Shown in pieces: positions 50,493-59,968 of a stretch of DNA of 64,000 nucleotides. A program made the position numbers and the translations under genes. The stretch lies in the NCBI GenBank assembly GCA_019058315.1, contig JAHPZH010000004.1, forward strand, positions 32,001 through 96,000, read 5' to 3'. Under the pieces are notes generated by a model. The model saw only the letters and a list, made by a program, of their open reading frames with translations. It ran no database searches and was not told the DNA's origin. Source of the DNA: Candidatus Helarchaeota archaeon (GTDB taxonomy: Archaea > Asgardarchaeota > Lokiarchaeia > Helarchaeales > RDOG01). The stretch's first letter is position 1; every line of letters starts with the position of its first letter.

Positions 50493-51953
50493 ATGGAAGG
50501 AAAAAAAAAGCGGGTTACCAGATCTAAAATTGTGTGCACTATAGGACCCGCTAGTAATTCTGAACAGATGATTCGTGAATTAATTAACGCTGGCATGGAT
50601 GTAGCTAGATTAAATTTATCCCATGGAACACATGAAAGCCATACAGAAACTTTTAATAGAATTAGGAATGTATCAGAGAAAATTGCCATTTTATTTGATA
50701 TTCAAGGTCCTAAAATTCGTATTGGAGATATTAAGGACAAAAAAACCTACTTTTTAAAATTAGGTGACCAATTTACACTAACATCGAGAGATATTGAAGG
50801 GAATAACGAAATTGTTTCAGTAAGTTATAAGAAATTACCTGCAGAAGTTGACCCTGGAGATTTACTTTATATTAATGATGGGCTAGTTGGTCTTAAAGTT
50901 TTAGAAGTTACTAATGGAACTGATATTAAATGTGAAGTTATAACAGGTGGGGAGATATCAAGCCATAAAGGTATTAATGCTCCAAACGTTAAAATTACTG
51001 CAAAGGTTCCTACTGAAAAAGATATCGCAGATTTAAAATTAGCTGCTAGGTTAAAACCGGATTATATAGCTGCTTCCTTTGTTTCATCAGCAAATGATGT
51101 CGAAAATGTTAAAAAAGTGATACTTGAGGAAGGGATTAGTGTTCCTATAATAAGTAAAATTGAACGCCCTATTGCAGTAAAAGATTTTGATTCCATTTTA
51201 GAGGCTTCTGATGGAATTATGGTTGCTCGTGGCGATTTAGGAGTGGAGGTGCAAAGCGAAAATGTTCCTGGTCTCCAAAAAAATATGATAAGGAAATGTA
51301 ATCGAGTCGGAAAACCTGTAATATGCGCAACACAAATGTTGGACTCAATGCAATGGAACCCTATACCTACCCGGGCTGAAGCTAGTGATGTCTTCAACGC
51401 CATTTTCGATGGTGCAGACGCCGTTATGCTTTCTGGAGAAACAGCGGTCGGAGATTATCCTTTAGAATCAATTAAAATGATGGAAAAGATTATTATCAAT
51501 GCCGAAAATTCCATGCCTCCACTAGATTTATATCAATATGATTCTAAAAGCCCATCAAATTCTGAAATTCTTGCCCATGCAGGATTAGTAATATTAAGAC
51601 TAATTGAACATCATAGAAAATCAAAATTAGACGCCATAGTTGTCATAACTCGTTCGGGCCATACTGCAAAAATGATTTCGAAATTTAGACCTAATACTCC
51701 TATTTTCGCTGTAACATTTGATAAAGCAATTTACAGAAAATTATTTTTGCTGTGGGGTGTTGAGGCTTTCATTATCAAACAGTTATCGGATTTAGATTCC
51801 ATTAATAAATCTGCTGTCGAAACGGTATATAATCAAGGATATGTTTCAATGGACGATACTATATTAATTTCATCCGGATCAGACTTAGTTCCACATATGC
51901 AGACTACTTCTATTAGTCTATTTTCTGTAAAAGATATAATCTCTAAAGAATAA
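50493..51953 (+). CDS. pyk: Pyruvate kinase
   Basis: KIVCTIGPAS, ARLNLSHG, DIQGPKIR, SKIE, MVARGDLGVE, ATQMLDSM, PTRAE, VMLSGETA. Confidence 0.97.
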   Translation: MEGKKKRVTRSKIVCTIGPASNSEQMIRELINAGMDVARLNLSHGTHESHTETFNRIRNVSEKIAILFDIQGPKIRIGDIKDKKTYFLKLGDQFTLTSRDIEGNNEIVSVSYKKLPAEVDPGDLLYINDGLVGLKVLEVTNGTDIKCEVITGGEISSHKGINAPNVKITAKVPTEKDIADLKLAARLKPDYIAASFVSSANDVENVKKVILEEGISVPIISKIERPIAVKDFDSILEASDGIMVARGDLGVEVQSENVPGLQKNMIRKCNRVGKPVICATQMLDSMQWNPIPTRAEASDVFNAIFDGADAVMLSGETAVGDYPLESIKMMEKIIINAENSMPPLDLYQYDSKSPSNSEILAHAGLVILRLIEHHRKSKLDAIVVITRSGHTAKMISKFRPNTPIFAVTFDKAIYRKLFLLWGVEAFIIKQLSDLDSINKSAVETVYNQGYVSMDDTILISSGSDLVPHMQTTSISLFSVKDIISKE

Positions 51954-52001
51954 ATAGAATACAAAATTATTTTTTAAATCTTCAAATTTCGTAAATATAC
52001 A

Positions 52002-52619
52002 TTAGCCTGGTCCATAAATTCTTTCAGTTTCCTCTTTCAAATATCTTTTTATAATTTCATAAAATTTTATCGAAGCTTCTATTATATCTATTCTTATTAT
52101 CCCAGGAACAGCGACAATACCCCTATTTTCTCTAAGAAAATCACATATTTTATCGTATATTCCAATCTCCTTATTAGTGAGTTTTATTACCTCTTCTTTA
52201 GTTGGGATTCCTGATTTTAATATTTCGTCATAGGTCTCCCCTGTCCCCTGTAATACATGATAATCATTAAAGACTTTGTGTCTAAAAGTGTCTTTTAGTA
52301 ATTGTTTAGCCTCCTCAAATTTCCTGTGACGTTTTCGAAAATTTGTATAATTTCCATCACTTTTTAGATATGCTTTAAAGTTCTCCTCAATTAATGGGTC
52401 AAATGTCCCTTCGGAACCATCCCACTGGGAGGCAACATTAAGGATAAGTTCTTTTTGTTTCATGATTTTTGCCTCAGTATCTGGTCCTATTATTATTTTA
52501 AAGATTTGATCTAATGGCAATATATCGCTTTTTTTCCTAAAGAAATCTTCAAGTTCTTTCATAATTTTTTTTAATAAGTTCGCATAAAAATTTACGATTA
52601 TTCGGATTTTATCTTCCAT
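52002..52619 (-). CDS. Helical hypothetical protein (paralog of 52813-53427)
   Basis: Shared IF..IIGP, GTG, VPG.IR.DII motifs. Confidence 0.75.
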   Translation of the reverse strand: MEDKIRIIVNFYANLLKKIMKELEDFFRKKSDILPLDQIFKIIIGPDTEAKIMKQKELILNVASQWDGSEGTFDPLIEENFKAYLKSDGNYTNFRKRHRKFEEAKQLLKDTFRHKVFNDYHVLQGTGETYDEILKSGIPTKEEVIKLTNKEIGIYDKICDFLRENRGIVAVPGIIRIDIIEASIKFYEIIKRYLKEETERIYGPG

Positions 52620-52812
52620 TATATCTACTCCATTCTCAAGAGAAATTAGTATTTTTTGATTTGATGAATTATAGAATAAAAAATAGTAACAATCATATTT
52701 ATTTTATTTCATCAACTTTTCTAAAAAAAATTTAAGTAAAAAAGAACAGAGAAGACAAATAAAGGAGTAAAATTAGCTAAATCACAGTTTTTTCGTTCTA
52801 ATTCTCTATTTT

Positions 52813-53427
52813 TTAGAACACAATTTCAGGAATACTTAATAGGTTTTTTTTGGTGTAATCTTGAATAAAAACCATCGCATCAATAATATCTGCTCGAATA
52901 AGGCCGGGAACATTTATTAAACGTCTATTTTTTTTAATTAGTTCCTTTAAATTTTCTAAAGCCTCAATTTCGGGTTTTAAATTATCGATCAGATTTCCTT
53001 TATCGTTAAAAGCAGTCCTATATAATTCTTTCCAGTTGGTTCCAGTTCCATTCATTAATATATTATAAAATTTTATTCTATTCCTATAAGAATCCTTTAA
53101 GAAACTTATTGCTTCTTCATGAACTTTTGAGCTTTTTCTCAAAACTTGATATATCGGATCTAGACTTAAGACTTCATCAAGTCTATCTTCAATATTTTCA
53201 AAATTTCCTGTAAATTCTTTAGAGAAGCTTAATATTTTATCGAGCATTTCTATAGTCTTTCTGGTTTGTTCGGGACCAATTAAAAGTCTAAAAATAGGTT
53301 CAATCAACGCACCAATAAAGGTGCTTTTAAAATGATCAGATAATTCATTATTTGCGTTTGTTATGGTCTCATTTAGATAGTCTTTTACAATATTAACATT
53401 TTTATCAAGTTCGCTCATTTTCAACAT
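52813..53427 (-). CDS. Helical hypothetical protein (paralog of 52002-52619)
   Basis: IFRLLIGP, NGTG, VPGLIRADII; start overlaps or abuts the regulator stop. Confidence 0.75.
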   Translation of the reverse strand: MLKMSELDKNVNIVKDYLNETITNANNELSDHFKSTFIGALIEPIFRLLIGPEQTRKTIEMLDKILSFSKEFTGNFENIEDRLDEVLSLDPIYQVLRKSSKVHEEAISFLKDSYRNRIKFYNILMNGTGTNWKELYRTAFNDKGNLIDNLKPEIEALENLKELIKKNRRLINVPGLIRADIIDAMVFIQDYTKKNLLSIPEIVF

Positions 53428-54100
53428 CTATTTTAGTAATCAGATATTTACAAGAAGGATGATTATCGCATTTACATTCAACTTCTTTAACATCTACTTC
53501 TTCAGGTGCTATAAATTTATCTATAACTCCTTTGAGCAACCCAACTTGAATTTCACATATTGATCGATAGTCTTTATTACCATCACAAATGCAATTTTGA
53601 ATTTCTAAAAAGAAACTATTCTTGATTTCAGGATTTAAGGCAACCTTTGCTTCAACATTTGCAATTGGATACGTAATTTCCACTGCTAAGGCTGCAAGAT
53701 GAGTGATATTTTCAAAATTTAGTTCAACAGATTGAAACTGTTTGGCGTATAAGTCTGAAGCACCATTTTTAGCCATATCTAACCCAATTTCCCTTGCTAT
53801 TTTTTGATCTTTTAGATATTTTCTAAAAAAGGCAGAATGAAGTAATTGGTAGAATTGAACCATGTATAGATTACGTTCTTCAAAATTTTTTGATTTTCGT
53901 GCAGGATAAAACAATTTGGAAGTTGGTCCCTTCTCAATTTTATAAATCAAATCTTTTTCTGCCAGTTCTTCTAAATATCTCGCTGTTGAATTTCTATTAA
54001 GGTTGATTTTTTCAGCAATCTGTGAAATTGTCAACCCTAAGCTTTCTGTTTCTAGCAGATTAAGTATTTTAAATTTCTGTCTTGAAGATCTTACATTCAA
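53405..54100 (-). CDS. HTH transcription regulator with C-terminal V4R (4-vinyl reductase) domain
   Basis: GLTISQIAEKINLNRNSTARYLEEL HTH; NCIC..ICE..G..G..EVECKC..C.Y V4R pattern; GGTGA RBS. Confidence 0.85.
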   Translation of the reverse strand: MNVRSSRQKFKILNLLETESLGLTISQIAEKINLNRNSTARYLEELAEKDLIYKIEKGPTSKLFYPARKSKNFEERNLYMVQFYQLLHSAFFRKYLKDQKIAREIGLDMAKNGASDLYAKQFQSVELNFENITHLAALAVEITYPIANVEAKVALNPEIKNSFFLEIQNCICDGNKDYRSICEIQVGLLKGVIDKFIAPEEVDVKEVECKCDNHPSCKYLITKIDVENERT

Positions 54101-54116
54101 AAATATTCACCAAATA

Positions 54117-54185
54117 AGGGTCATTTTTTTGACCCTCTAAGTGTTTTTTTTTGTTTATCACGTTTTTTCTTGTTTATCACGTTTT
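54117..54185. promoter_or_regulatory. Inverted repeat plus 16-bp direct repeat in a divergent promoter region
   Basis: AGGGTCA-T6-TGACCCT (54117-54136); TTGTTTATCACGTTTT at 54151-54166 and 54170-54185. Confidence 0.5.
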
Positions 54186-54463
54186 ACTTTAAGATTTTAA
54201 AAATATAATTTAATAACTTAAAAGTATTTTAAAATCATAAAATATTTCTTAAATAATTAATAGCAAATTTGGAGGGTAGTTTTGCTAGTAAGTAAGATTT
54301 TTAAGGCTATAGTTGTCTTTTTTTAACTAATTTGAAAAAATCATTTGATATTTATAATTATAAAATATTAATTTTTATAAATTCAATCCAAAGAGGAAAA
54401 ATATTAATAATTTTGGCAAATATGCAATAATTCGATTAATAGAAAATTTGCTATAATTCTAAA

Positions 54464-57094
54464 ATGAAAATGAAGGGATGTTTTTTGACAGCAGTTGAAG
54501 AGTTTTTTAACGGAAAAAATAAAATTTCAGATCGTGTTCATAATTCTAAGATTATTATAGAGCGAATGGAAGAAATAAACGGTACTTCCCAATTTTTTGC
54601 TGATAGATTGGATAGAAGAATTAAAAAATCAGCAGTTAATTCTCTTCCCGTAGTCGATACTTTCCTCGATTTCTTCCAAATTTCAATTTTAGAGACAATT
54701 TTACAATTTTTTGATCTTCGAGTTAAAGAAATAATCGTAGGCATGGAAAGAATCCCTGAGGAGGCTGTAATTTTTGCTCCTAATCATGAGACCGAAACAG
54801 AGCATCTATATCTTGCTCGTGCTTGTTGCGAAAGGAGGGATTTAGATTATCCTTTTAGAATTTTAAAATTTCTAAATCCTAAGCAAATCGCAAGGAAAAA
54901 ACAGGTTCCAATCTTTTTTGCAAAATATCAATTATTTAACTTGCCGATAGTCAGCACTCTTTTTTCATCTACTGCTTTCCCTGTGGAACGGGAAATAAAG
55001 GATACTAGATCATTAGAAATTGGCAGTAGATTTCTCCAAAGGGGGTCTAATATTCTAATTTATCCCGAAGGAACAAGAAATTTGGAGAAAAAAGCAAAAC
55101 CAAAATCTGGAGCGGTTCGTCTTGCCATTCAAAACAAAGTTCCAATTATTCCAGTTGGACATGTTGGCTTATATGAGCTAACTAAAGGTAGTTTCGTTCC
55201 GAGTAGAAACGGGTACTGGCATTGTGAGTTCGGTGAGCCAATATATTACGACAAATATTACAATCAAGAGGTTGATTACTTAACCTTAAGAGAATTAACC
55301 GACGAACTTATGGATGAAATAGAAAAACTAAAAGAAAATGGTAGGAGAAAAATAAAGGAATTAAATGAAATAAAAGACAATAAAGCATATAGTGGTCATA
55401 TTAATGAAGTGGTGGTACATAAATTTAATAAATTGAATAAGGTTCCAAACAACCCAATTGATTCTTTATTTCGGAGTTTCATGAATTTCACTTCAAAAAT
55501 CCCCATTATTGGAGAACGAGTTGATTCCTTTTTTCATTTCTTAGTTCGTTTGGGTGTTGATTCTTTAATAAATCCGTTAACTTTTGACGTCAAAATTAAT
55601 GGTAAGGAAAACCTAGAAGGTGTAAAACCCGCTGTAATTTGTTCTAATCATGAATCTTTTCTAGAAATTGGACTATATGGTTTGTATTTAATTGATCCTA
55701 AAATGACAAATTATTATGGTTATCTACTACCTGGAGATAATAATAGCATAGATAAAACTTGGTTTATGATGAAGAAGGAACTTGCAGAAATGCCAATTGT
55801 TTCCAGTTGGACTCTTTCTGCTGGTGGTTTTCCGGTAAGAAGAGGGGAAAGTGACAAAGAAGCAATGCGAGTTGCAGAAGAATTAATTAAACGAAATAGA
55901 AATGTGGTAATGTTTCCTCAACAGACTACTTATCCTGAAATTGACGTAGATTCCGGAAAAACTGGAGCAGTGCGCTTAGCAATTGATGCTAAGAGACCAG
56001 TGATTCCAGTATCTATTAAGGGATCACACAATGCTATGAAAAGAGGAGTTTTACAACTTCTTTTCCCACCCAAAGCATTTCCTATTGAAATTAATATTGG
56101 AAAACCGATTTATTATGAAGAATATTATGATAAGGAACCCACATATGAAGAATTGAAGACATTAACTAGAGATTTAATGATTAAAATAAAAGATATGCAA
56201 GATAAGAAAATCGTTGAATATAAGGAAAATAATAATAGAATTCATTCACCAGTAGATTGGATATTTAAAAGTATAGGAAATTTAGTGGGATTACCAAGAA
56301 GAAATTTGCAGGATTCGACTAGAAAACTCCCTTTTGAAAAAATTGTAAATAAAATAACTGATTCAGCAGGAATTACAAGCACAGTTAGTAAAAAAGACAA
56401 GTCAAAAGAACCAGTTTCATTAAATATGATTGATTCATACTTAATGCGTTTGAAGAAACAAGGAGAAAAATTAGGATTATTTCCATTCTTAGACGATCTT
56501 TTTTATTCTTTTACAAAACGTTCATTGGATTTACTAATAAAGAATCTATATAATTTCAAAGTTGAGGGTGCTGAAAATATACCTACTAACGGAGACGTAG
56601 GAGTAATCCTTCTAGCCCAAAGTGGGTCTCAACTTGATTTTGTTATGGGAAGTTGTATTATTCCTGAAAAAGTTCACTTTATGATTGATTCTAAAACTTA
56701 CAAAATGCCTGTTGTATCGACGCTTCTTCAATCTCTTGGGTTTTTTCGTCAATCCGTCTCACAGACAGATTTTGGACCACTTTTACATGTTAGAGATCTG
56801 TTAAAAAGCAAGAAGATTGTTGGAATTTTTCCTCAAATTAAAGGAAAAGAAAACATGATTAAATACATTGCAGGCATTTTAAAAATGGCAATTGATGGGA
56901 AACCGACTATTATCGTTCCACTAGCAATTAAAGGGACAGACACACCAATTCCACCTGTCAATATTAATGTGGCGATAGGTAAACCAATAGGACCATTCAA
57001 AAGAATGAAACGAGAGAAAAGGTACGAACTTGCAGAAGAAATATATAATAATATCAAAGATGTGAAAACTCAAGCCTATGAGATGAGAAAATAA
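54464..57094 (+). CDS. Triple-domain PlsC/LPLAT-family lysophospholipid acyltransferase
   Basis: Domain 1 NHETETE/FAK/FPVER/YPEGTR/VPIIPV; domain 2 NHESFLE/FPVRR/FPQQT/PVIPV; domain 3 degenerate QSGSQLD/GIFPQ/IVPL. Confidence 0.88.
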   Translation: MKMKGCFLTAVEEFFNGKNKISDRVHNSKIIIERMEEINGTSQFFADRLDRRIKKSAVNSLPVVDTFLDFFQISILETILQFFDLRVKEIIVGMERIPEEAVIFAPNHETETEHLYLARACCERRDLDYPFRILKFLNPKQIARKKQVPIFFAKYQLFNLPIVSTLFSSTAFPVEREIKDTRSLEIGSRFLQRGSNILIYPEGTRNLEKKAKPKSGAVRLAIQNKVPIIPVGHVGLYELTKGSFVPSRNGYWHCEFGEPIYYDKYYNQEVDYLTLRELTDELMDEIEKLKENGRRKIKELNEIKDNKAYSGHINEVVVHKFNKLNKVPNNPIDSLFRSFMNFTSKIPIIGERVDSFFHFLVRLGVDSLINPLTFDVKINGKENLEGVKPAVICSNHESFLEIGLYGLYLIDPKMTNYYGYLLPGDNNSIDKTWFMMKKELAEMPIVSSWTLSAGGFPVRRGESDKEAMRVAEELIKRNRNVVMFPQQTTYPEIDVDSGKTGAVRLAIDAKRPVIPVSIKGSHNAMKRGVLQLLFPPKAFPIEINIGKPIYYEEYYDKEPTYEELKTLTRDLMIKIKDMQDKKIVEYKENNNRIHSPVDWIFKSIGNLVGLPRRNLQDSTRKLPFEKIVNKITDSAGITSTVSKKDKSKEPVSLNMIDSYLMRLKKQGEKLGLFPFLDDLFYSFTKRSLDLLIKNLYNFKVEGAENIPTNGDVGVILLAQSGSQLDFVMGSCIIPEKVHFMIDSKTYKMPVVSTLLQSLGFFRQSVSQTDFGPLLHVRDLLKSKKIVGIFPQIKGKENMIKYIAGILKMAIDGKPTIIVPLAIKGTDTPIPPVNINVAIGKPIGPFKRMKREKRYELAEEIYNNIKDVKTQAYEMRK

Positions 57095-57109
57095 TTAGAG
57101 GATAGTTTA

Positions 57110-58486
57110 TTGACGGAATTCACAGAACCAATTCATGCAAAGGAATATGAAAATTTGCCATCCGAGCAAAAAAAGCAAGTAATTAGTCTAAATTACGGTA
57201 AGAAAATGTTACAATTAAAGATTCCAAAACATAATTTTAATGGTCTTATTGAACCAACCGAATTAAAACAAACAAATTCAGATAATCTAAAAATGCTAAA
57301 TAATGCATTAGATAATCCACATAATTGTAATTTGGAAGAATTAATTAAAAATAAGAAAGTATGTATTCTTTTAGAAGATGGAACTAGAAAATCACAACAT
57401 GAATTAATAATTGATGTTGTGACTAACAGATTACAATCTGCAAATAAAATCTCTTATGTAATAACTACTGGGTCTCATGATCCAGATACGGATGAGAATG
57501 AAAAGATAACTGACGCTATTATGGTAGCTGTTGAAAAACATCTAATTCCAAATGTTGAAATTTTAATCCATGATTGCTTCAAACATGAATATATCGATGT
57601 GGGTACAACTAGTTTTGGAACTAAAGTACTAATAAATAAGTTTGCATCCAATTATGATGTTTATTTTGTAATTTCTGATATGAAAACTCATTATTTTGCT
57701 GGATATTCAAATCCAATTAAGAATTTTCTTCCTGGAATTTGTGCTTATGAGACAATTGAAAAAAATCATTCATTAGCACTAGATGATTATTCAACTTTTT
57801 GCAGACACCCTTTACATCCCGAAAAAAACAAAAAAAGACAACCTTTAGCAGAAGATATGCTTGAAGCTGTTTATTTGATGACAAAAAATGCCAATATATT
57901 TGTTTTAGGATTAATTTCTTTAAAAAACAAGATAATATGGTGTGAAGCTGGAGATTTAGCAACTGTTACGGCTAATGGGATTCAAAAAGTAAATCAAATT
58001 GGAAGTTTCGTTTTAGAAGAAAAATCTGATTTTATTATAGTTTCTGCTGGGGGATATCCTTATGATGGTAGTCTTTATGATTCTCAAAGGGCTTTAGAAT
58101 TAACTAAAAATGCTCTAAAAGACGGAGGGGAAATTCTGTTCTTAGCCGAATGTGGAATTGGAGATGGCATCGCACCAAATGAGAAGGCTAAGAAATTTTT
58201 CTATGATGAATTATCAAAACCGTTAGATGAGGTTTTAAGAGGTATAGAAAAAGAATATAAATTATATACTCATAAAGCATATAAATTTGCTAAATTATTA
58301 AAAAATTCAAAAATTTGGGTTAAATCAGGTTTAAATAAAGAAATTTTAGAAAATATTCACTTAAATCCAATCATTGATAATCCTCAAAAAATTATTGATA
58401 ATTGGATAAATCAAAAACCAAATGCCAAAATTACTGCATTTAATCATGGCAGCAAATTGGCTATTTATATTAATAATGGAGGTTGA
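57110..58486 (+). CDS. LarA-family (nickel-pincer) racemase/epimerase
   Basis: DGTR, TGSH, HD, GTTSFGT, HYFAGYS..K..LPG, NHS, GGYPYD..LY, AEC. Confidence 0.85.
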   Translation: MTEFTEPIHAKEYENLPSEQKKQVISLNYGKKMLQLKIPKHNFNGLIEPTELKQTNSDNLKMLNNALDNPHNCNLEELIKNKKVCILLEDGTRKSQHELIIDVVTNRLQSANKISYVITTGSHDPDTDENEKITDAIMVAVEKHLIPNVEILIHDCFKHEYIDVGTTSFGTKVLINKFASNYDVYFVISDMKTHYFAGYSNPIKNFLPGICAYETIEKNHSLALDDYSTFCRHPLHPEKNKKRQPLAEDMLEAVYLMTKNANIFVLGLISLKNKIIWCEAGDLATVTANGIQKVNQIGSFVLEEKSDFIIVSAGGYPYDGSLYDSQRALELTKNALKDGGEILFLAECGIGDGIAPNEKAKKFFYDELSKPLDEVLRGIEKEYKLYTHKAYKFAKLLKNSKIWVKSGLNKEILENIHLNPIIDNPQKIIDNWINQKPNAKITAFNHGSKLAIYINNGG

Positions 58487-58489
58487 AAC

Positions 58490-59956
58490 ATGGCAATAAT
58501 AACAAATGAAGACGTAAATTTAAATGAAAAGAAAGCAATAATATTCGACTGGGATGGAACGCTGTTCAACAGCTTTCCAGCAATTAAAACAGCAACCAAA
58601 GATGTATTAGAAAGATTTGATATTGACTATCCCGTTGATGATGCAGTCATACAATTTTTAAATCTAATGGAAGAAATCAATACAAGTACTCTTTCAGAAA
58701 TAGTATTAAATTCATATAAAATATTAAATAAAATAACATTTATCAAAAATCTATCATATACAAAGAAATTACAATTACTATTTCTGATATATTCAACATA
58801 TAAAAAATACAATGAACAATCTCAATTATTTAAGGGAACTGTCGAGTTATTAAACAATCTATCTAAAAAATTTGATTTGGCAATCTTTACAAGTTCAAAG
58901 AGAAAGGTTATTTTAGAATTATTAGAAAAATTCGGTATTAAAGAATATTTCAAATCCGTCTTAAGTATGGATGATGTTAACAACCCAAAACCAAACCCAG
59001 AAGGTATATTGAAAGCAATATCAGAATTAAATCATGGCCCCGATAACATAATTTATGTAGGCGATTTAAAAACAGACATTTTAGCTGCTAGAGCTGCAAA
59101 TATCAGTTCTATAGCCGTATATAATGGTCTAGTTCAAAGGGAAGAAATTTTAAATCAACAGCCAGATTTATTCTGTGAGCATATAACAGAACTCTCAAAA
59201 TTCTTTGATTTCCCAGAAATCCAAGTTGACCCAAAGGCTGATTTTGAAGCAGATATAGAGTTCCATGCAAAAAAGATAAAAACATATGTTAGAGAAGAAT
59301 TTAATATATTCGAATTATTAGATAACGTTGTTCCAAAAAATTTGGAAACAGAACATGTTATTAAAATAGTAGGCGATCCCTTAGGTTTCATTGGAGCAAT
59401 TGTTGAGGATGTTATTACTAATTATACCCATGGGGAATTTGAAATGAGTTCTGAACTCGATGTATTTACAGGTTTAGAAGAAGATTTATTGCGATCATTA
59501 GGTCTAATTATCATCCATTTTGTTAATGAACGATCCAACAATATGATTAAAAGAATCGTTGAAAATGAATTACTTCGTATTCCATCTAATATTATGCTAG
59601 GTCTTCTAAAGATATCATTAAAAAATTTATATCCAGAAGGATATAAAGAAAATTTTAAAACATTTTTCTTAGGATTATTCCAAAGAATTATTCCACAAGA
59701 TATTTATGATGAGCTAGAGACACTAGATCCACATGAATTTTCAAATCACGTTCTAGAAGGATGCGAACTTGCTTTAATCGATTTAGGATTAAAAAAATCA
59801 GGAGAATTTAATATTCCTATGAATGAACTAGCTTTTAGACCGTTCAATTTCGTCCTTAAATTCATAAATCAAACATTTGGAAGGATGTTCGAACGCTATA
59901 GGAAAATTGCATTGGATATTTTAGAAAATGATTTCAGACGTCTACCAACGAATTAA
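58490..59956 (+). CDS. HAD-superfamily phosphatase with about 250-aa C-terminal helical extension
   Basis: FDWDGTL, FTSS, KPNPE, VGDLKTD; GGAGG RBS. Confidence 0.88.
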   Translation: MAIITNEDVNLNEKKAIIFDWDGTLFNSFPAIKTATKDVLERFDIDYPVDDAVIQFLNLMEEINTSTLSEIVLNSYKILNKITFIKNLSYTKKLQLLFLIYSTYKKYNEQSQLFKGTVELLNNLSKKFDLAIFTSSKRKVILELLEKFGIKEYFKSVLSMDDVNNPKPNPEGILKAISELNHGPDNIIYVGDLKTDILAARAANISSIAVYNGLVQREEILNQQPDLFCEHITELSKFFDFPEIQVDPKADFEADIEFHAKKIKTYVREEFNIFELLDNVVPKNLETEHVIKIVGDPLGFIGAIVEDVITNYTHGEFEMSSELDVFTGLEEDLLRSLGLIIIHFVNERSNNMIKRIVENELLRIPSNIMLGLLKISLKNLYPEGYKENFKTFFLGLFQRIIPQDIYDELETLDPHEFSNHVLEGCELALIDLGLKKSGEFNIPMNELAFRPFNFVLKFINQTFGRMFERYRKIALDILENDFRRLPTN

Positions 59957-59968
59957 CAGGTGATGTAA

